DNA from: Phoronis australis
Taxonomy: Eukaryota > Animalia > Phoronida
Direction: 5' to 3'
NCBI GenBank assembly: GCA_002633005.1
Contig: NMRA01000942.1
Span: 23,678 to 87,677 of the forward strand
Length of the DNA: 64,000 bases
The translations under genes and the position numbers were made by a program. Positions 13,611 through 27,638 of the stretch are shown one piece after another. How positions within the stretch are numbered: position 1 is the stretch's first letter; each line of letters opens with the position of its first letter. Under the pieces are notes generated by a model. That model did not search any database, was not told the origin of the DNA, and saw only the letters and a program-made list of their open reading frames with translations.

Positions 13611-14139
13611 TGCAACTAATTATGCTAACACTGACTCATATCCGTACTTACCATTCAGTATGCACCAGAATTAATTCACCTAGATGTTACTTATTGAGTG
13701 TGTGAAGTACTCACAATTCACGTTGGACAAGATGGCGACTTTTGCTGAACTGAAAGGCATGTTCAACTGGTTACATTGTCATCTGTGAAGATTCAACCAT
13801 AATAAATGTGTAGACAAGTTGCTATCAAAGAGCTGTTTTGTACAATTTTCTGGTGTTTGTGTCATATCTATTATGAATATTCTATTTATTTCAATGTGGA
13901 GTGCCCATTCAACTGAGATTGCATTCCGCTAAAAATGTTGAAAATGTTTTGAAATCGTTTTTTGTTTGAAAGTCAACTTTTTTCGTGAGGCTAATACATT
14001 GCCCTGGTCACTCCTAACTCAAAATCCTGGATCCTCCCCTGATAATTGACCAACAAAATTCCAATTAACAGATCTCACTAGAGTGTATGAACAAGCTTTT
14101 CTTTTCTAGATCTGAGTCGGTGATCCTAGAGTGACCTTT

Positions 14140-14440
14140 CGTTGCTCTCGTGGAATGACTATTTAACCACATTACCACATACTCGCTCTTCAAGGCACTG
14201 CCATCCACTCTCGTCATTTCTTATTCCATATAGTAGGTTTAATATCTATTTATATAATTTCTTCCCAACCACCATTAGATTGTGGAACAATCTTATCCTA
14301 GACATAGTGAGTGCTCCCGCTGTTGATGCCTTTCATCATAGGACTAGCGGCTCATTTCCAAAAGTAAGACAGTGTACACGTTGTTTTTAAACTGCAATAC
14401 GCTTCTTCTCAACTGTAAATAAACTTAATTGCTTTTTTAA
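14140..14440 (+). mobile_element. Same LINE relic, 3' part, separated by a ~1.8-kb insertion
   Basis: SRHCHP...FFPTTIRLWNNL terminal motif. Confidence 0.7.
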
Positions 14441-16559
14441 TTTAATAACGATCATTGTCTCCGACTTGATGATCACCAGCGCCTTCAACATGTTGCATTG
14501 GGAAGAAGACATGCCTGAGCCAGACTGTGACTAAAACAATAATTGCAGGCGGCGCACGTGGGGTCATTGCACTGATCTCCTGACTGTGACTAACCCGTGC
14601 AAATTAATCCGCGTGGCACTCGCTGAGGGCACGATGCTGGAGAAAACCCATCAGCTAGTTTCTCTTATAATACATTGGTTATGAAAATTCAAAGACGGAT
14701 ACTATTTAATTTTGAATTTTAAAAACGGCACTCTTGATCCCAATTCAGTTTTTTACTGGAAAGTCTATGGTGGTTCACTGTTAATTAAATGTAAGTCAAA
14801 ATAGCGAATGAAAATTAATGAATAGAAGCGTTGAAAACCGTATGTGATGAAATGGTTGCAAAGGCCAGTCCCGCACTCGTTTGGATATGGTTGACAAATG
14901 AAACAAACACTGTTCGAAACAATGCTAATTTGTAAAAAGTTATTAAATATACCATGACGTTAGAAACAGCAGTCAACAGCATGTTGTCACCGCGGGTCGA
15001 CAAAACTAACCCGGTTTGTTGTATACGCGCAGGGTTTGAAATAAATGCCGCTTTGGAATAGAGGCTGGGTCAAAAATGTCTTCGAAAATATAAGCACCCG
15101 CGCGATAATACGCGATTTCGTCTATCTGGCGAAGTCGCACAAAGGGTCGTGTAACTATATGTACTAGTATATGGTGATTCAAGGGGTTTTGGCGTGTTGT
15201 ATCTATTGTCCCTAACAAGATACATGCATTAGATAATAAAGACTGTGATCAATTGATTTCTGCGGCGAGTTACAGTTTATTGAAACGCAGGGAGTGTGCG
15301 AAACCAACAGAATATTCGCGTAAGTGCGCGTCTTAAAAATAGTTCACCCGATATGTATGACCAATATGTTATACAACGCACGTGATGATAACTATGGATT
15401 ATTGTATCGAGATACGTGATATGCAGACGGATTTAAACGACGACGAAATCTCCTAACGGGTATTCAATGTAAATGACAAATGCATGTCACACGCATATCT
15501 ATTTTCACAAGGTTTTCGATCTCGTGAAAATAATTGATCTAGTATCGCCAGGATTACGACTGACAGCTTAACTGACCAATCAGAACGCAGCATTCTTTAC
15601 ACAACTTCGTCTGCGTTTCCAAGCCGCCATTTCACCCGACAAACAATACGTTGTCGTGTAAAACTTATTTTAGTCTATAGCTCAAGAAATTGCGTGATTA
15701 GAATGGTGATACGGTGTTGAAATGGCATGTGTAATTTTGAAAGCCGTTATGCAGCTCAAGAAGAATATCTCGTCATTTTTAGGCATCTCGTAATCCGAAA
15801 AGTGATGTCGAAAGGTTTAAATTAGGTATCACACTGTGCGAACGGCAACGTACACGAGCAGCTGAACTAGGCAATGTTGCTCGATTACTCGAAGGCTAAA
15901 CAAAAATATATTTGTTCCAAAATACAAACGTTTCAGTTCTGTGGCTATAGTGTAGGCATATCTGATTTTGACTCCGGAGTTTCACTCATCTGGCCGCCTT
16001 TGTCTCGGCTCTTGCTGGATCTCAACACTATAGCCTAGTGATAGTCCCTGGAAATTGTTCTTATATTTTTACTATTTTTGAGCTGTTTCGTTTTGTTTCG
16101 TAGAAGAGGTACATTTTTTGTCATTAATATACCCGTAAGCTGGCGTTCAACTGAGCTTTTTTCAAAATTGAGAGATTTGATCGGCACAGGGAGGGGCACT
16201 GGATTACTGAACTCAAACCCTTGTTCGAGCTGTTGTCACAAAAAAATAAACAGTTGACGTACTTTTTGATGAGAACCTCTTGTAAACACCACGCCTGTAG
16301 AGTTACAGAGAGCTCATTTTGAAGTTGTTAAAACATGATATTTAGATTTATGAAGCTTTAAAAAAGGAATTTGAGTTATTTTTGTAAATAGACATTTCTG
16401 CCACTACACCAGACTTGTCATTTTTTGTAACCATACCAGAGTTAAATAATCATGCTACGTTTAAAAATAACTGCAAGCTACCTTTATGCAGTGAAACTAC
16501 AAAAAATGCTAAGTTCGTCGGAGGGTAAGCCTAACTTAAATGTCTTAATGGTGCAATTA

Positions 16560-17200
16560 CGTGCATTAATTTGACTTGGACACAGCCCTAGACCTACGGG
16601 AGCAAACTGCTTGCCTTGGACAAGATGAGTGTGTACTTCAGATTGAACTATAAACCTGTTTTTAGTCGAAATGTTTCTTTCGAAGATTAGAAAAGCGTAA
16701 GCAGTGCTATCAACTCGACCTACTTTACTGGGGGAGTCCCACAGGCAGCTGTGACCTATTTTTCATTTGGCAGATTTTGGCAGACGACAGAATAAAATTA
16801 TTCGGTGAATCTTCACCGATTTTGCTCGAAAGATCCTAAAATCTGTGGCATCGTACAGATAATTCGACTTACATACCCAGCTTTACATGAACATATCGCA
16901 TCAGTGGCCTTGTCATTTGTCACGTGAAGGTGAACCCCGTGAGGAGTTCTTCGCATTTTCGCTGGGTCCGAAATACTTTTCCTCGAACACTTATTTTTTC
17001 ATCGTCACCTTGGCAAATTACGACATCTTGAATGAAGGATTCTTTGCTGAAAGGCATCGCCTGTTGTCTTTGTCGAAGCGTTTTCGGATAGTGCAAAAAA
17101 CACTCATGGATTTCACCAATAACGTCGTTTAGCCAAAGTGTATTTGCCTTTGACATCTTGTTTGTTTGTTTGTCGAGTGTCACATGACTTTTCGCAAGGG
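16560..17200 (-). mobile_element. Decayed transposon accessory gene (SWIM/YqaJ-associated N-terminus)
   Basis: FSKESFIQDV...VRGKVFRTQRK resembles that family; remainder frameshifted. Confidence 0.35.
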
Positions 17201-17402
17201 GGCGGAGCTTGCAACAGGTCAATTGTTAGGACACCAATCTCAGCTACTGATATCACTCATTTGGAAGCACGTATAGTTTTTAAACACATATTTTGCCTGT
17301 GTTAGCCAGGTAAAGCGGTTACATTTACATCAGGAGATATATGATTTCCTGTTGTAGACACGCAACAACACTGAAACACATTTATGCAACAGCAATCGCT
17401 CT

Positions 17403-17849
17403 GTGTGCTCGGTTGCATGAAAAGAGTCCCAAATGAGGAACTCAATTAAGTTCCCTCAATCTACTGCGTATTTGTGGGCTTGTTAAAACACTGATTATCT
17501 TTCATTATGGTGTTTGGGTCTCATTACTGAGTCGGTTTTTGGCTTTAGTACAAATCAGGAGTGAAATTTATGTTGAAATCTCAATATCTGCGAAAAGAAG
17601 TAGAGGTATTTTCATGCAATGCCCCCAATTTAATGACTAAGTCCCTAGTTATCATAACTCAATTGGGGGCTAGTTTTTAGTTATATAATTAGAAATAATA
17701 TTAGTTAAAGAGAAGCCATAATAAAAATAAAATAATAGAATAAAAATTACACATGTGAGTGAAGAATGAGGCAAATACGCAACAGATTCAGGGAACTTGG
17801 CCGAATCCCTACATGCGTATTTGGGACTGTTTCATGCATCCTAGCACAG
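17403..17849. mobile_element. MITE with ~75-bp imperfect TIRs and an internal inverted repeat
   Basis: gtgctcggttgcatgaaaagagtcccaaat...gcgtatttg mirrored at 17772-17849; gcccccaatt/aattgggggc inside. Confidence 0.75.
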
Positions 17850-20683
17850 CACTCTATCAGTGAACATGATTAGCTCTTTTCGACATATCATGAGTAACCT
17901 AAAAAGCAATTCTTGTCACTGATATTGGAGGCAGTCATAGGAGTAGACTCGTTGCACGGTGGTCCTCGTAGTCAGGGAGAGATAATTACCGACTCGATCA
18001 GGGAAGGTGACACCTTTCACTGTTGTGACTCGACTATCTCGCTCATCAATAAGTGGGTTAAATTTGATTTCATCGTGTGAAGAGAAAATGTGAAAAAGAA
18101 AACTTCGTCTTTGTGCAGCCTTGTTTTAGGTCGGGGTTCGCATCTCAAAGGGTAAACTAGTTCAAAAACTTTAAATTAGTCACCACTAAGTAATATGTAG
18201 CGTGGCATAATGTTTACCTCCTTTCTGTTATCGAACTAAAAAGCCTTTTTGAGCACAATTTTGAACCTCGGCCGAGAACACAAAATCATGGAATACTCTT
18301 GTGTTTCCGTGACCAGTGCTCTTGTGCATCGGATTAGGAACAAATCTGAGTGAATGACGGTCATGTCCTTGAAAGCGTATTGATACCACCGTGAGCGTCA
18401 ATGCATTTTCGTTTGGTTATTTCAAATTTGATTATTTATTGTCCAAATTTTATCTGTTCTTCGCATAAGACGCATGAGATTCACTGCAACTTTGTGAATA
18501 CGTCGCCTCCCTCGCAGCCAACACTCGGCTACCGAAACCAGCCATGACTGAACGCGAGGAACGTCAAATTTCTGCAACAGTACCCGTTCGGGTAATAACT
18601 GAGAGGAATAATCTTCCTAGATCGATGCAAAGTAACAGCCTGAGCAATCGTCGTGTGACTACCCGCACGTGTGAGCGCATATCCCCGTACTTGGCAGTAA
18701 ACAGGCCCCGACCTTACAGGCCGTTAAATACGTAATTTTGAAAATAGAAAAAATATACAAATGGCAATGTTTCAACAAAGAAAAACAAGTTTTGTTTCAA
18801 AACAGTGAGTGTGCTTGATTTTTGCTGCCTGGACACGACAACCGGCGTAGTAATTCCCCGGCAGTTGCCGTGTCACTTCTCCGGACATGCTAAATTGACT
18901 TTGGCTTTCAGGTTTTACGCAAAATGTACCTTAATACGTGACCAAAATTTACAATCTCTACCTCCGTTGTCGAAATGTAGAAGCAGTGATTGAAAACGCT
19001 TACTGGTTGAGGGCTGTAGTATGCTGTAGTCTATGAGCTGAATCTTGCCGATGGGAAAATATTTCAGTGTTAGGAACGCGACGCGGCATGTTTTAAGCTC
19101 TTTCTAACATAAATTTTACCAATTCAAGGCCCGCGGAGCTAATTAAACAACAATGCCACCCTATTTAATTAATCTTTTTTATTGTGTTGATCGGTCTATG
19201 TTCACAATACCCCGTGTAGACCTAATTCACACAGCGGACATTAAAATCCAAAGCGAGGCTCACTGCGATAAACAAAGCGGAAGTTGACATTGTGCCAGTC
19301 AAATGGCCGGTCTTTCGAGTCCAACCTGGATATTAAATCTTAAAAGTGTGTCGATAATTAACCACAGAGACGTAGAAAATACGCTAGAGAACACTTCAAT
19401 CCACCAAATAGTTGTCTGACGAAAGGGTATAATTTTTTTTTCGGAAAACTAGGTTCGAAACATGAAAAGTAAATATGACCAAATTGTGGCGATCGTGGTG
19501 TTACGGATTAGGTCATACTGAATGCAGGGTTACGCTTATTCTTGTAAATTGTAGATAGAACGCTTCCTACACGAACCAGGTATTGTTGACAAGTTGAAGA
19601 TATATTCGACAGTGGTGGCTCGTCGCATTTTGTTGTCATGTGCAATTAGTCACATCTGGTTTAATTTGTTGATCAAGAATATCAACATCAAGCATAGCCT
19701 AGGTCCTGGGATTATCGGGACTAACAGTTGATTTGTCATTGATCTGAAAGAATAATTGATGCTGTTAAATATATTTTTATTCAAATAAAAAACAGGCTTC
19801 TAATTGAAAATAATAATATTTGACCACGAATTCTGGTTTTTTGGTTTCAATAATTCATACGTCTATTTCATGTGTTAGGTTTCAAGTATCAATCATGGAC
19901 CAAGTAGAATTTTAAAATTAATTCGTTCGTCCAAATCATAACTTCGTTTTGAGCTCAATTTCAGTTTACTGGACAGAAAAAAGCATAGTTATCAAGTTTC
20001 TTCAGGGGCCTCATTCATCTGAGCGGAAATGTGCCTGTGTCTTCTGAGGAGAATTTTTCGCCGAATGAGGAGAAAAATCTACCTCCCGATCACCATCAAT
20101 AGCACCGCGCCCTAGTGCAAGCTCTTATAGGCTCTGTCTCAAGTAGCATTTTGTGCTCTTTCAAATTGTCACCTGTGTGGTTACAGGTGACAGAAATTTT
20201 CAATAACTAGGACCGGGAATTTTTTCTGGCCTCGTGGGGGAATATCGCGTTATTTTTCAATATTTTGAAAAGGGAATGGGGTCGATATTCGGCCCCAAAA
20301 TCGAGGGATTGAGGGCCCTGTCTTTTATGGAAAGAAAGATGCATTACATTTCAACCCGTAGTCGTGAAAACACAGCCTGGCTGGCCGAAGATTGTCCGGT
20401 CGTTGTTCTGATGCTCGACAACCGAGATGCCACAAAATATGATCTAACTTGTCGATAACATTTATAAATTTCACGCGGTCATATTTTCTTTCGTCGCGGC
20501 GAATGGCTACGACCCAACGCTTCCCAATCCCAACGTCCTTAGGGATTGTAAAACAGACAGTTGAGTGTCCGTATTTTTTCTAGCCAATCGTGCAACACGG
20601 AATACAACTGTTACAATAAGCCAACAAAGCTCTCGTAGCAAGCCTCGTTTTGGTACTCGCCTCCTGTCGGCGTGAATTAGGTC

Positions 20684-21260
20684 TATACGGTTTTAGCTCG
20701 TTGAGAGGTGTCGCGTTAACTAAACCTGTTAGGAAGGTGAGAAGCGACGCACCGACGTCAGTGGTTCTTCTGCAGAGTGAGTGCTGCTACAGTGTGGTGT
20801 ATCGTTCCCGATTGTGCAAACTATTTTTGATTTCCTCGAGAGCGAATAATGCATCGGAAGTGGCTCGCGGTAGTGCAGGATGAAAAGTACAAGTATGAGG
20901 TCGTGAAGCTTCTCCGTGTCTTTCAGTGACCGCATTTCACCGACAGTGATTTCACTGACGATCGAAAGCCGGCTTACCAAACAGCTCACCCAGGCGGAAA
21001 AAAGAGACAGGCTGATGTCATATGTTGTGCCTAGTGAGTTTGCGTTTGACAGGCAGGAGACAAAGAAACCCGGATCGGTTGTTGATTAGTTTCTGATTAT
21101 GGAGAACTGTAGTAGGCCATGGCGTGAGAACATATAACGTTTTAAAGGAGAATGCCACCCGATTTAATTAGTCTTTTTACCGTCTTAATTGGTCTATATC
21201 CACATCGCCTCTGATATGGTCGACCTCACCTTGCCGAGAGGTGTCGCGTTGACCTATGAG
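20684..21260 (+). mobile_element. Fragments of the Kolobok-like family of 8019-9726 (THAP region; TTAA plus 5' TIR at 21141-21260)
   Basis: Direct similarity to 8015-8430. Confidence 0.75.
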
Positions 21261-21262
21261 TC

Positions 21263-22490
21263 CAGGGTGCATATTCAGAAAATTGATTTAGAGATCAAAA
21301 GCCAAATCAAAATAAAAATCTGGGCTTATATTTCTAAGTCATCAATTTAATATAGCCGACGTGCTACTGGAAAATTCCTGGGACATAATGGGGTATAGTT
21401 TCAGTTTTCAAGCACACAATTTTCCCAAGTAAACGCATTGGACGTATCTGCAGAAAATTTGCCTGGTGTACTCTTACTAGATGTGTTCAAAGACGGGAAT
21501 TTTATGTTGAAAACAACTCGCATTCAACTGGGTTCTGGGCCCTAGATCTCAAATACGTTTTCATGAGCTATATTTTTGAAAAACATCTTTCCAAAGATGA
21601 GGCCAAAGATACACAAATTGATAGAAACAACTTTAAGCTACGAAGCTCCCATTCTAAAATGAACTTAATTACGTCCAGTGGAGTCCCATTCTTGGCATTC
21701 TCTTCTTGAATTCTAGCCATGTTCAAGTGTCTTCTCAATCTCGGTACTTCGAATGCCAGTTCGGAAGAACAAATTTCGTCATAGAAATCAGCAATTTTTT
21801 ATCACACTTGCCTTAGTTCAATCTTCGGCGGTGTTGACCAAATAAGTGGCTAAGATGGTTTCGAACAAATCAACGATTTGCAGCTTTGCTTTCGAATTCA
21901 ACTGAATTGCAAATCTGTCCAAGCATTCTAACATTCCCCTTTATTTTGGTCCGTCAACGACAGATCGACATCTGGAAGACTGCACTCTGGTTTTCATGGT
22001 TGCCTGTTCAACGTCATTTTGAACAACATTGTTGGGGAATATTATCAAGGGGTCGATTTTTAACGACTTTGTCAAGTGTTAAGCTTTTGATTTAAATGTA
22101 CTCTTGGGTACCATTGACTTAGCGAAGTACCTCGCCCCAAGAGGTGGATTCCCTGATAGCTATGAGAATACATTAGAAGAACCTTTTGTCATCAGGATCA
22201 CACAGGATTTCTAGGGCATCGAGAATCTCAGCATACAGTAATTGTCCATCGCCAGTATGACCAAAGAAAGGAGCGCTCCACCTTGTATTTACAAGTCTTT
22301 TTTAACAGTGGCTGACATACATGTAGTGGTGAAATTGCACCTGTCAGTTTTTACGTATGTAAGATTTTCAGCATTTGGTCTACTTGGGATTCTTCTGTAC
22401 TGTCAAACATCATTCCTTAGTATTTGGCAGTGTTAATTTCGTTCAGCATTTTTCCTTACGTGATTCGCCATAAATTTATTTTGTATCTGA
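21263..22490 (-). mobile_element. hAT transposase pseudogene (ZMYM1/Tip100-like)
   Basis: FDST...DQMLKIL, YAEILDALEIL and dimerization motif SLERCFSKI*LMKTYLRS; CAGGG terminus at 21263. Confidence 0.7.
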
Positions 22491-22494
22491 GGAA

Positions 22495-22596
22495 ATGTAT
22501 GACGCATCTCCCCTTAAACTGCTCCAACCTCACCAAATACCGAGTTGCAAGAATCTTCTACCCATGCAGGGCATTTTCCCACATCTTCGCGCGCCT
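22495..22596 (-). pseudogene. Disabled ShKT exon of a third CAP-cluster paralog (EAREDVGKCPAWVEDSCNSVFGEVGAV*)
   Basis: Same phase-1 acceptor as 28368; first Cys replaced by Arg; frameshift stop at 22514-22516; upstream 22600-23270 aligns with intron 28390-29090. Confidence 0.75.
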
Positions 22597-24010
22597 CTGA
22601 TAAGAAAACGGAATATGAACAGCAAATGGCAGGTCTATTTTGCAGTAATGGGGAGGTGCAACCAAGACGAAAGAAAAGCGTGGCTATTCAAGACGGCACA
22701 GCTACTATGGGGCAGCGGACATGAGTTAAGTAGTTATCTTCGACAGAGAAGAAACCCAAAAAGCTTGAAAGCATTACGTTAGCTGCGACAACGTCGTCGG
22801 AGTTGAATGTTAAGCAGCAGCTGCGTGTATTGATTAAGGACTACTTGTGTTCAATGTTATCAAGAAGAACAAATAGTGAATGCTAAAAGAAACGACAGCA
22901 CTACAAACGTAACATCGCCAACTTTAAAATAGACAACGTCAAGTGTCCAGCAGAATTATGTGCAACAAGTTAACTTTATGAAGACCACGTTGCTGTCTTA
23001 CAATACAATTACACTGATTCCCAGAAGTAAAACTTCTTAAATGGTTTGCGAGTCCAGTGACCATAAACATTTAAGGTGACAGTGGTCATGGGAATTATAT
23101 TGTAAGTAATCCATTCATTCAACTTTATGTGGAGTGTTGTGGCGCTGCACAGATAATTAATCCAGTCATTTCCCTAAAATTGGTGATAATTGACCCATCT
23201 GAAATTGTCTCACAAGTGAATGAAAAATCAACCAGTAAGGGCGAAGGTGTTTGGTCGAATATGCGCGCACCCAGCGTAAAAAATAGGGGCTCGAATTTTT
23301 CTAATGTGGGCCTTTTACTAAAAAAACGGGATACGTTCAGAGCTAAGAATTGTGCATTCGTCGAACTGTGGCAGTTCCTGCCTTTTTGGCAAATACAAAC
23401 GAAAATTCACTGTACTGTGGCATCTGAAAGGTTACGCCTTTCTGTTTTTATTTCTTGAATTTGGCGACACTAAAAATGAAATTCGTTTATGTACCGTCTT
23501 TCTGCAAATGTGTAGGTTGAACACAAGCTGTACATTTTTCCTTTCGTGTGTAAAGCTTTGTGCAATAGTCTTTAAAACGGCGTGGGACGCGATAAACAAA
23601 ATTGCAATGTCGAAAGTGGTTCTCTGCCACTGAAACAGAATTTAACTCGCCCACCAGGTATTTTTAGAGTTTTTTCATAACGATTTTTAATTTTTGTTGA
23701 TATCAGAGCATTTTATTTTAGTTTCAAGTTCAGAAAATGATCTGTCAAGTGCTCACCACTTCGTCAATTTTTCTCCCACAAGCCAAAGCATGGTTCCTGA
23801 TTTGGTATGGCAAGACACACATGTAGCACATTTCTCTTGTTTAGAAAATGTGACCTTTGACATCAAGCGACTTTGAGCAAATGTCTGTGAGTGCATGTGT
23901 GCATTTATCGTAACTGGGATGGAAATTAGAAACTAAGTGGTAACGACAGAGTTTTGCCTTCGCGTGTATTTCAAAAATCCTGATGTGATTTTTTATCGAA
24001 AATTCCTTAA

Positions 24011-25037
24011 AGGCCTATGGTCCGAGTTATAGAAGAAAAAACCTCTTAACGCCGTTTAAGCCGGTTTTTTGATGTGACATGGAGTTCAAAAAGTTCTTAA
24101 CTTTCAACTTGTGCAAAAAGTTTGAAAAAAATCGTTGTAAATACTACAAACGAATGAAATGTTTACAAAGAATTTAGTATCCCGACCGCTAAACAGATTA
24201 TAAACATTACAACAACGCATGCGCAGCCACAGATCTAGAGGTCAACAGAATTTATACAAATGGCGGGTAGAGGTAGGTCTATGAAGTATACGTCCGAAGG
24301 CGAAACGCAGTCGTCCTGCTCTACGAGATTCAGAAAAAGACGTGTTAGCCAGTACAAAAACGGCATTACCAACAAACCTTGTACCCTGTAATCGACTCGT
24401 TCGATAGGTGAGAAACAATGAGGACAAGACTGAATGTTCGAACTCGTGAAGGTTTTACATTACAACAAATGAACAATACCAGGCAGGCTTGGATGGACAA
24501 GTATAAGTCAGTAAGTGTGCTGTTTGTGGAATGTTCAATGACTCGTATACACGTTTAGAGCATTCACTGATGGGTGACTGATCTCAGTCAGCATACATCG
24601 GACCCGAATCATTTTGAAGAGCCTCAATTCGATTAGCCTTGGTACAAAGCTGTATAATATACAGTCATCATACAGCTAGCTGGCTGGCTACAATTCGATC
24701 AGCTGTTCAGTTTTTGTTCTAATACTACTAGTACTAGTAGTAGTACTGATTCACGCTGACCCGGACTAGTTACACCATGTTAGTGTTTTAACATGTAGTT
24801 AAAACTGGTAAGGCCCTTTCATTCTAACGTCGACATGGCGATGTTTTGGGGAGTTGCAGTCAGTATGGATGGTTAACTACGGTCCTGAATCGAAGTTAAC
24901 TGTGCCAGTTGACTTCACAGTAGACAAGCGGAGCGTCGATGCTGTGGTGTACGGTAGTATGAATGATTAACTTCGGTTACATCGAAGAAGTTATTGTCAG
25001 GGGCCACTGCTATCATCGACAATTACAGGGTAATGTC
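24011..25037 (+). mobile_element. 5' part of a TTAA-inserted (Kolobok-like) element, cut by the gap
   Basis: Starts right after TTAA at 24007-24010, where the duplicate copy (26890-26893) continues with different sequence. Confidence 0.5.
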
Positions 25038-25747
25038 NNNNNNNNNNNNNNNNNNNNNNNNNNNNNNNNNNNNNNNNNNNNNNNNNNNNNNNNNNNNNNN
25101 NNNNNNNNNNNNNNNNNNNNNNNNNNNNNNNNNNNNNNNNNNNNNNNNNNNNNNNNNNNNNNNNNNNNNNNNNNNNNNNNNNNNNNNNNNNNNNNNNNNN
25201 NNNNNNNNNNNNNNNNNNNNNNNNNNNNNNNNNNNNNNNNNNNNNNNNNNNNNNNNNNNNNNNNNNNNNNNNNNNNNNNNNNNNNNNNNNNNNNNNNNNN
25301 NNNNNNNNNNNNNNNNNNNNNNNNNNNNNNNNNNNNNNNNNNNNNNNNNNNNNNNNNNNNNNNNNNNNNNNNNNNNNNNNNNNNNNNNNNNNNNNNNNNN
25401 NNNNNNNNNNNNNNNNNNNNNNNNNNNNNNNNNNNNNNNNNNNNNNNNNNNNNNNNNNNNNNNNNNNNNNNNNNNNNNNNNNNNNNNNNNNNNNNNNNNN
25501 NNNNNNNNNNNNNNNNNNNNNNNNNNNNNNNNNNNNNNNNNNNNNNNNNNNNNNNNNNNNNNNNNNNNNNNNNNNNNNNNNNNNNNNNNNNNNNNNNNNN
25601 NNNNNNNNNNNNNNNNNNNNNNNNNNNNNNNNNNNNNNNNNNNNNNNNNNNNNNNNNNNNNNNNNNNNNNNNNNNNNNNNNNNNNNNNNNNNNNNNNNNN
25701 NNNNNNNNNNNNNNNNNNNNNNNNNNNNNNNNNNNNNNNNNNNNNNN
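25038..25747. other. Assembly gap
   Basis: Run of N. Confidence 1.
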
Positions 25748-26893
25748 AGAACAAATAGTGAATGCTAAAAGAAACGATAGCACTACAAACGTAACATTGC
25801 CAACTTTAAAATAGACAACGTCAAGTGTCCAGCAGAATTATGTGCAACAAGTTAACTTTATGAAGACCACGTTGCTGTCGTACAATACAATTACACTGAT
25901 TCCAAGAAGTAAAACATCTTAAATGGTTTGTGAGTCCAGTGACTATAAACATTTAAGGTGACAGTGATCATGGGAATTATATTGTAAGTAATCCATTCAT
26001 TCAACTTTATGTGGAGTGTTGTGGCGCTGCACAGAAAATTAATCCACTCATTTCCCTAAAATTGGTGATAATTGACCCATCTGAAATTGTCTCACATGTG
26101 AATGAAAAATCAACCAGTAAGGGCGAAGGTGTTTGGTCGAATATGCGCGCACCCAGCCTAAAAAATAGGGGCTCGAATTTTTCTAATTTGGGCCTTTTAC
26201 TAAAAAAAACGGGATACGTTCAGAGCTATGAATTGTGCATTCGTCGAACTGTGGCAGTTCCCGCCTTTTTGGCAAATACAAACGAAAATTCACTGTATTG
26301 TGGCACCTGAAAGGTTACGTCTTTCTGTTTTTATTTCTTGAATTTGGCGACACTAAAAACGAAATTCGTTTATGTACCGTCTTTCTGCAAATGTGTCGGT
26401 TGAACACAAGCTGTACATTTTTTCTTTCGTGTGTAAAGCTCTGTGCAATAGTCTTTAAAACGGCGTGGGACGCTATAAACAAAATTGCAATGTCGAAAGT
26501 GGTTCTCTGCCACTGAAACAGAATTTAACTCGCCCACCAGGTATTTTTAGGGTTTGTTCGTAACGATTTTTAATTTCTGTTGATATCAGAGCATTTTATT
26601 TTTGTTTCAAGTTCAGAAAATGATCTGTCAAGTGCTCACCACTTCGTCAATTTTTCTCCCACAAGCCAAAGCATGGTTCCTGATTTGGTATGGCAAGACA
26701 CACATGTAGCACATTTCTCTTGTTTAGAAAATGTGACCTTTGACATCAAGCGACTTTGAGCAAATGTCTGTGAGTGCATGTGTGCATTTATCGTTACTGG
26801 GAGGGAAATTAGAAACTAAGTGGTAACGACATAGTTTTGCCTTCGCGTGAATTTCAAAAATCCCGATGTGATTTTTTATCGAAAATTCATTAA
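25748..26893. repeat. Near-identical copy of 22866-24010 (probable alternate haplotype)
   Basis: Colinear with scattered SNPs; begins exactly at the gap edge. Confidence 0.9.
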
Positions 26894-27555
26894 AGGGGAA
26901 AGATAATCACTCTGTACTAGACGTTACGAGCTGGTACTTTCGTTGGGAATTGTTTAAAAGATATTTTTGACGAGCTCTTGCGTTCCATGCCTCTATAATA
27001 TTTGCTTATTCAGTCTCATTACTTTGAACCCAAATTTGGCTAACGTTGAACCATTATGTCAGTTTTGCATGAAAGTCTGTAAAAATATGGCTTTCAAGAT
27101 GTTTATGCATAAAACTAAAACAAAATGATATTTTAGAAAACTGTTACAGCTTTTTTAAAATTTCTCCAAATTATCTGGTGCTATTTCCGGCAAGTACGTC
27201 GTCTACTAATCATGGTCGGCTGTTGTGTCGTCACAACACACAAATCGGCAACTGAAACAAGATAATTTAGGAGAGTTGCGCCTCCTCTAGGATAATACGC
27301 ATGAAAATGCCGTAGTTGCGAATCTGTTGTCTATAATCTCTGATGTGATATAGCCACAGACAAATCACATCGTTAAAACCGAAATTAAATTGGGTGTAAA
27401 ATACCTTTAATAAACCATGCGAAAATTAAAGACCGACTCTGATACAACCTTCATATTAGAAACGTCCTGCAAGAATTTGACTGTTCATACACGCGCATCT
27501 GTTGAAACAAACAAAACGGATATTGCTGTTTAAATGGTGTATTTGATTAAATATC

Positions 27556-27561
27556 TTTAAT
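27556..27561 (-). terminator. Candidate polyadenylation signal ATTAAA for paralog B
   Basis: Variant hexamer ~70 nt after the stop codon. Confidence 0.4.
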
Positions 27562-27628
27562 TGAACATCTCAATTCTAGTCATGCCAAGCTGGTCCTAGG
27601 TCAAGTCAACAAGTCAATTCCAGTCACG

Positions 27629-27638
27629 TTAACAAACT
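27629..27638 (-). CDS. Paralog B terminal exon, coding part (G-V-C-stop) supplying the sixth ShKT cysteine
   Basis: Strong acceptor tctcttctctttcag followed by A GTT TGT TAA. Confidence 0.8.

Noticed and set aside
24963-25814. Long ORFs across the first gap
   Set aside because: Poly-X translations of N runs.
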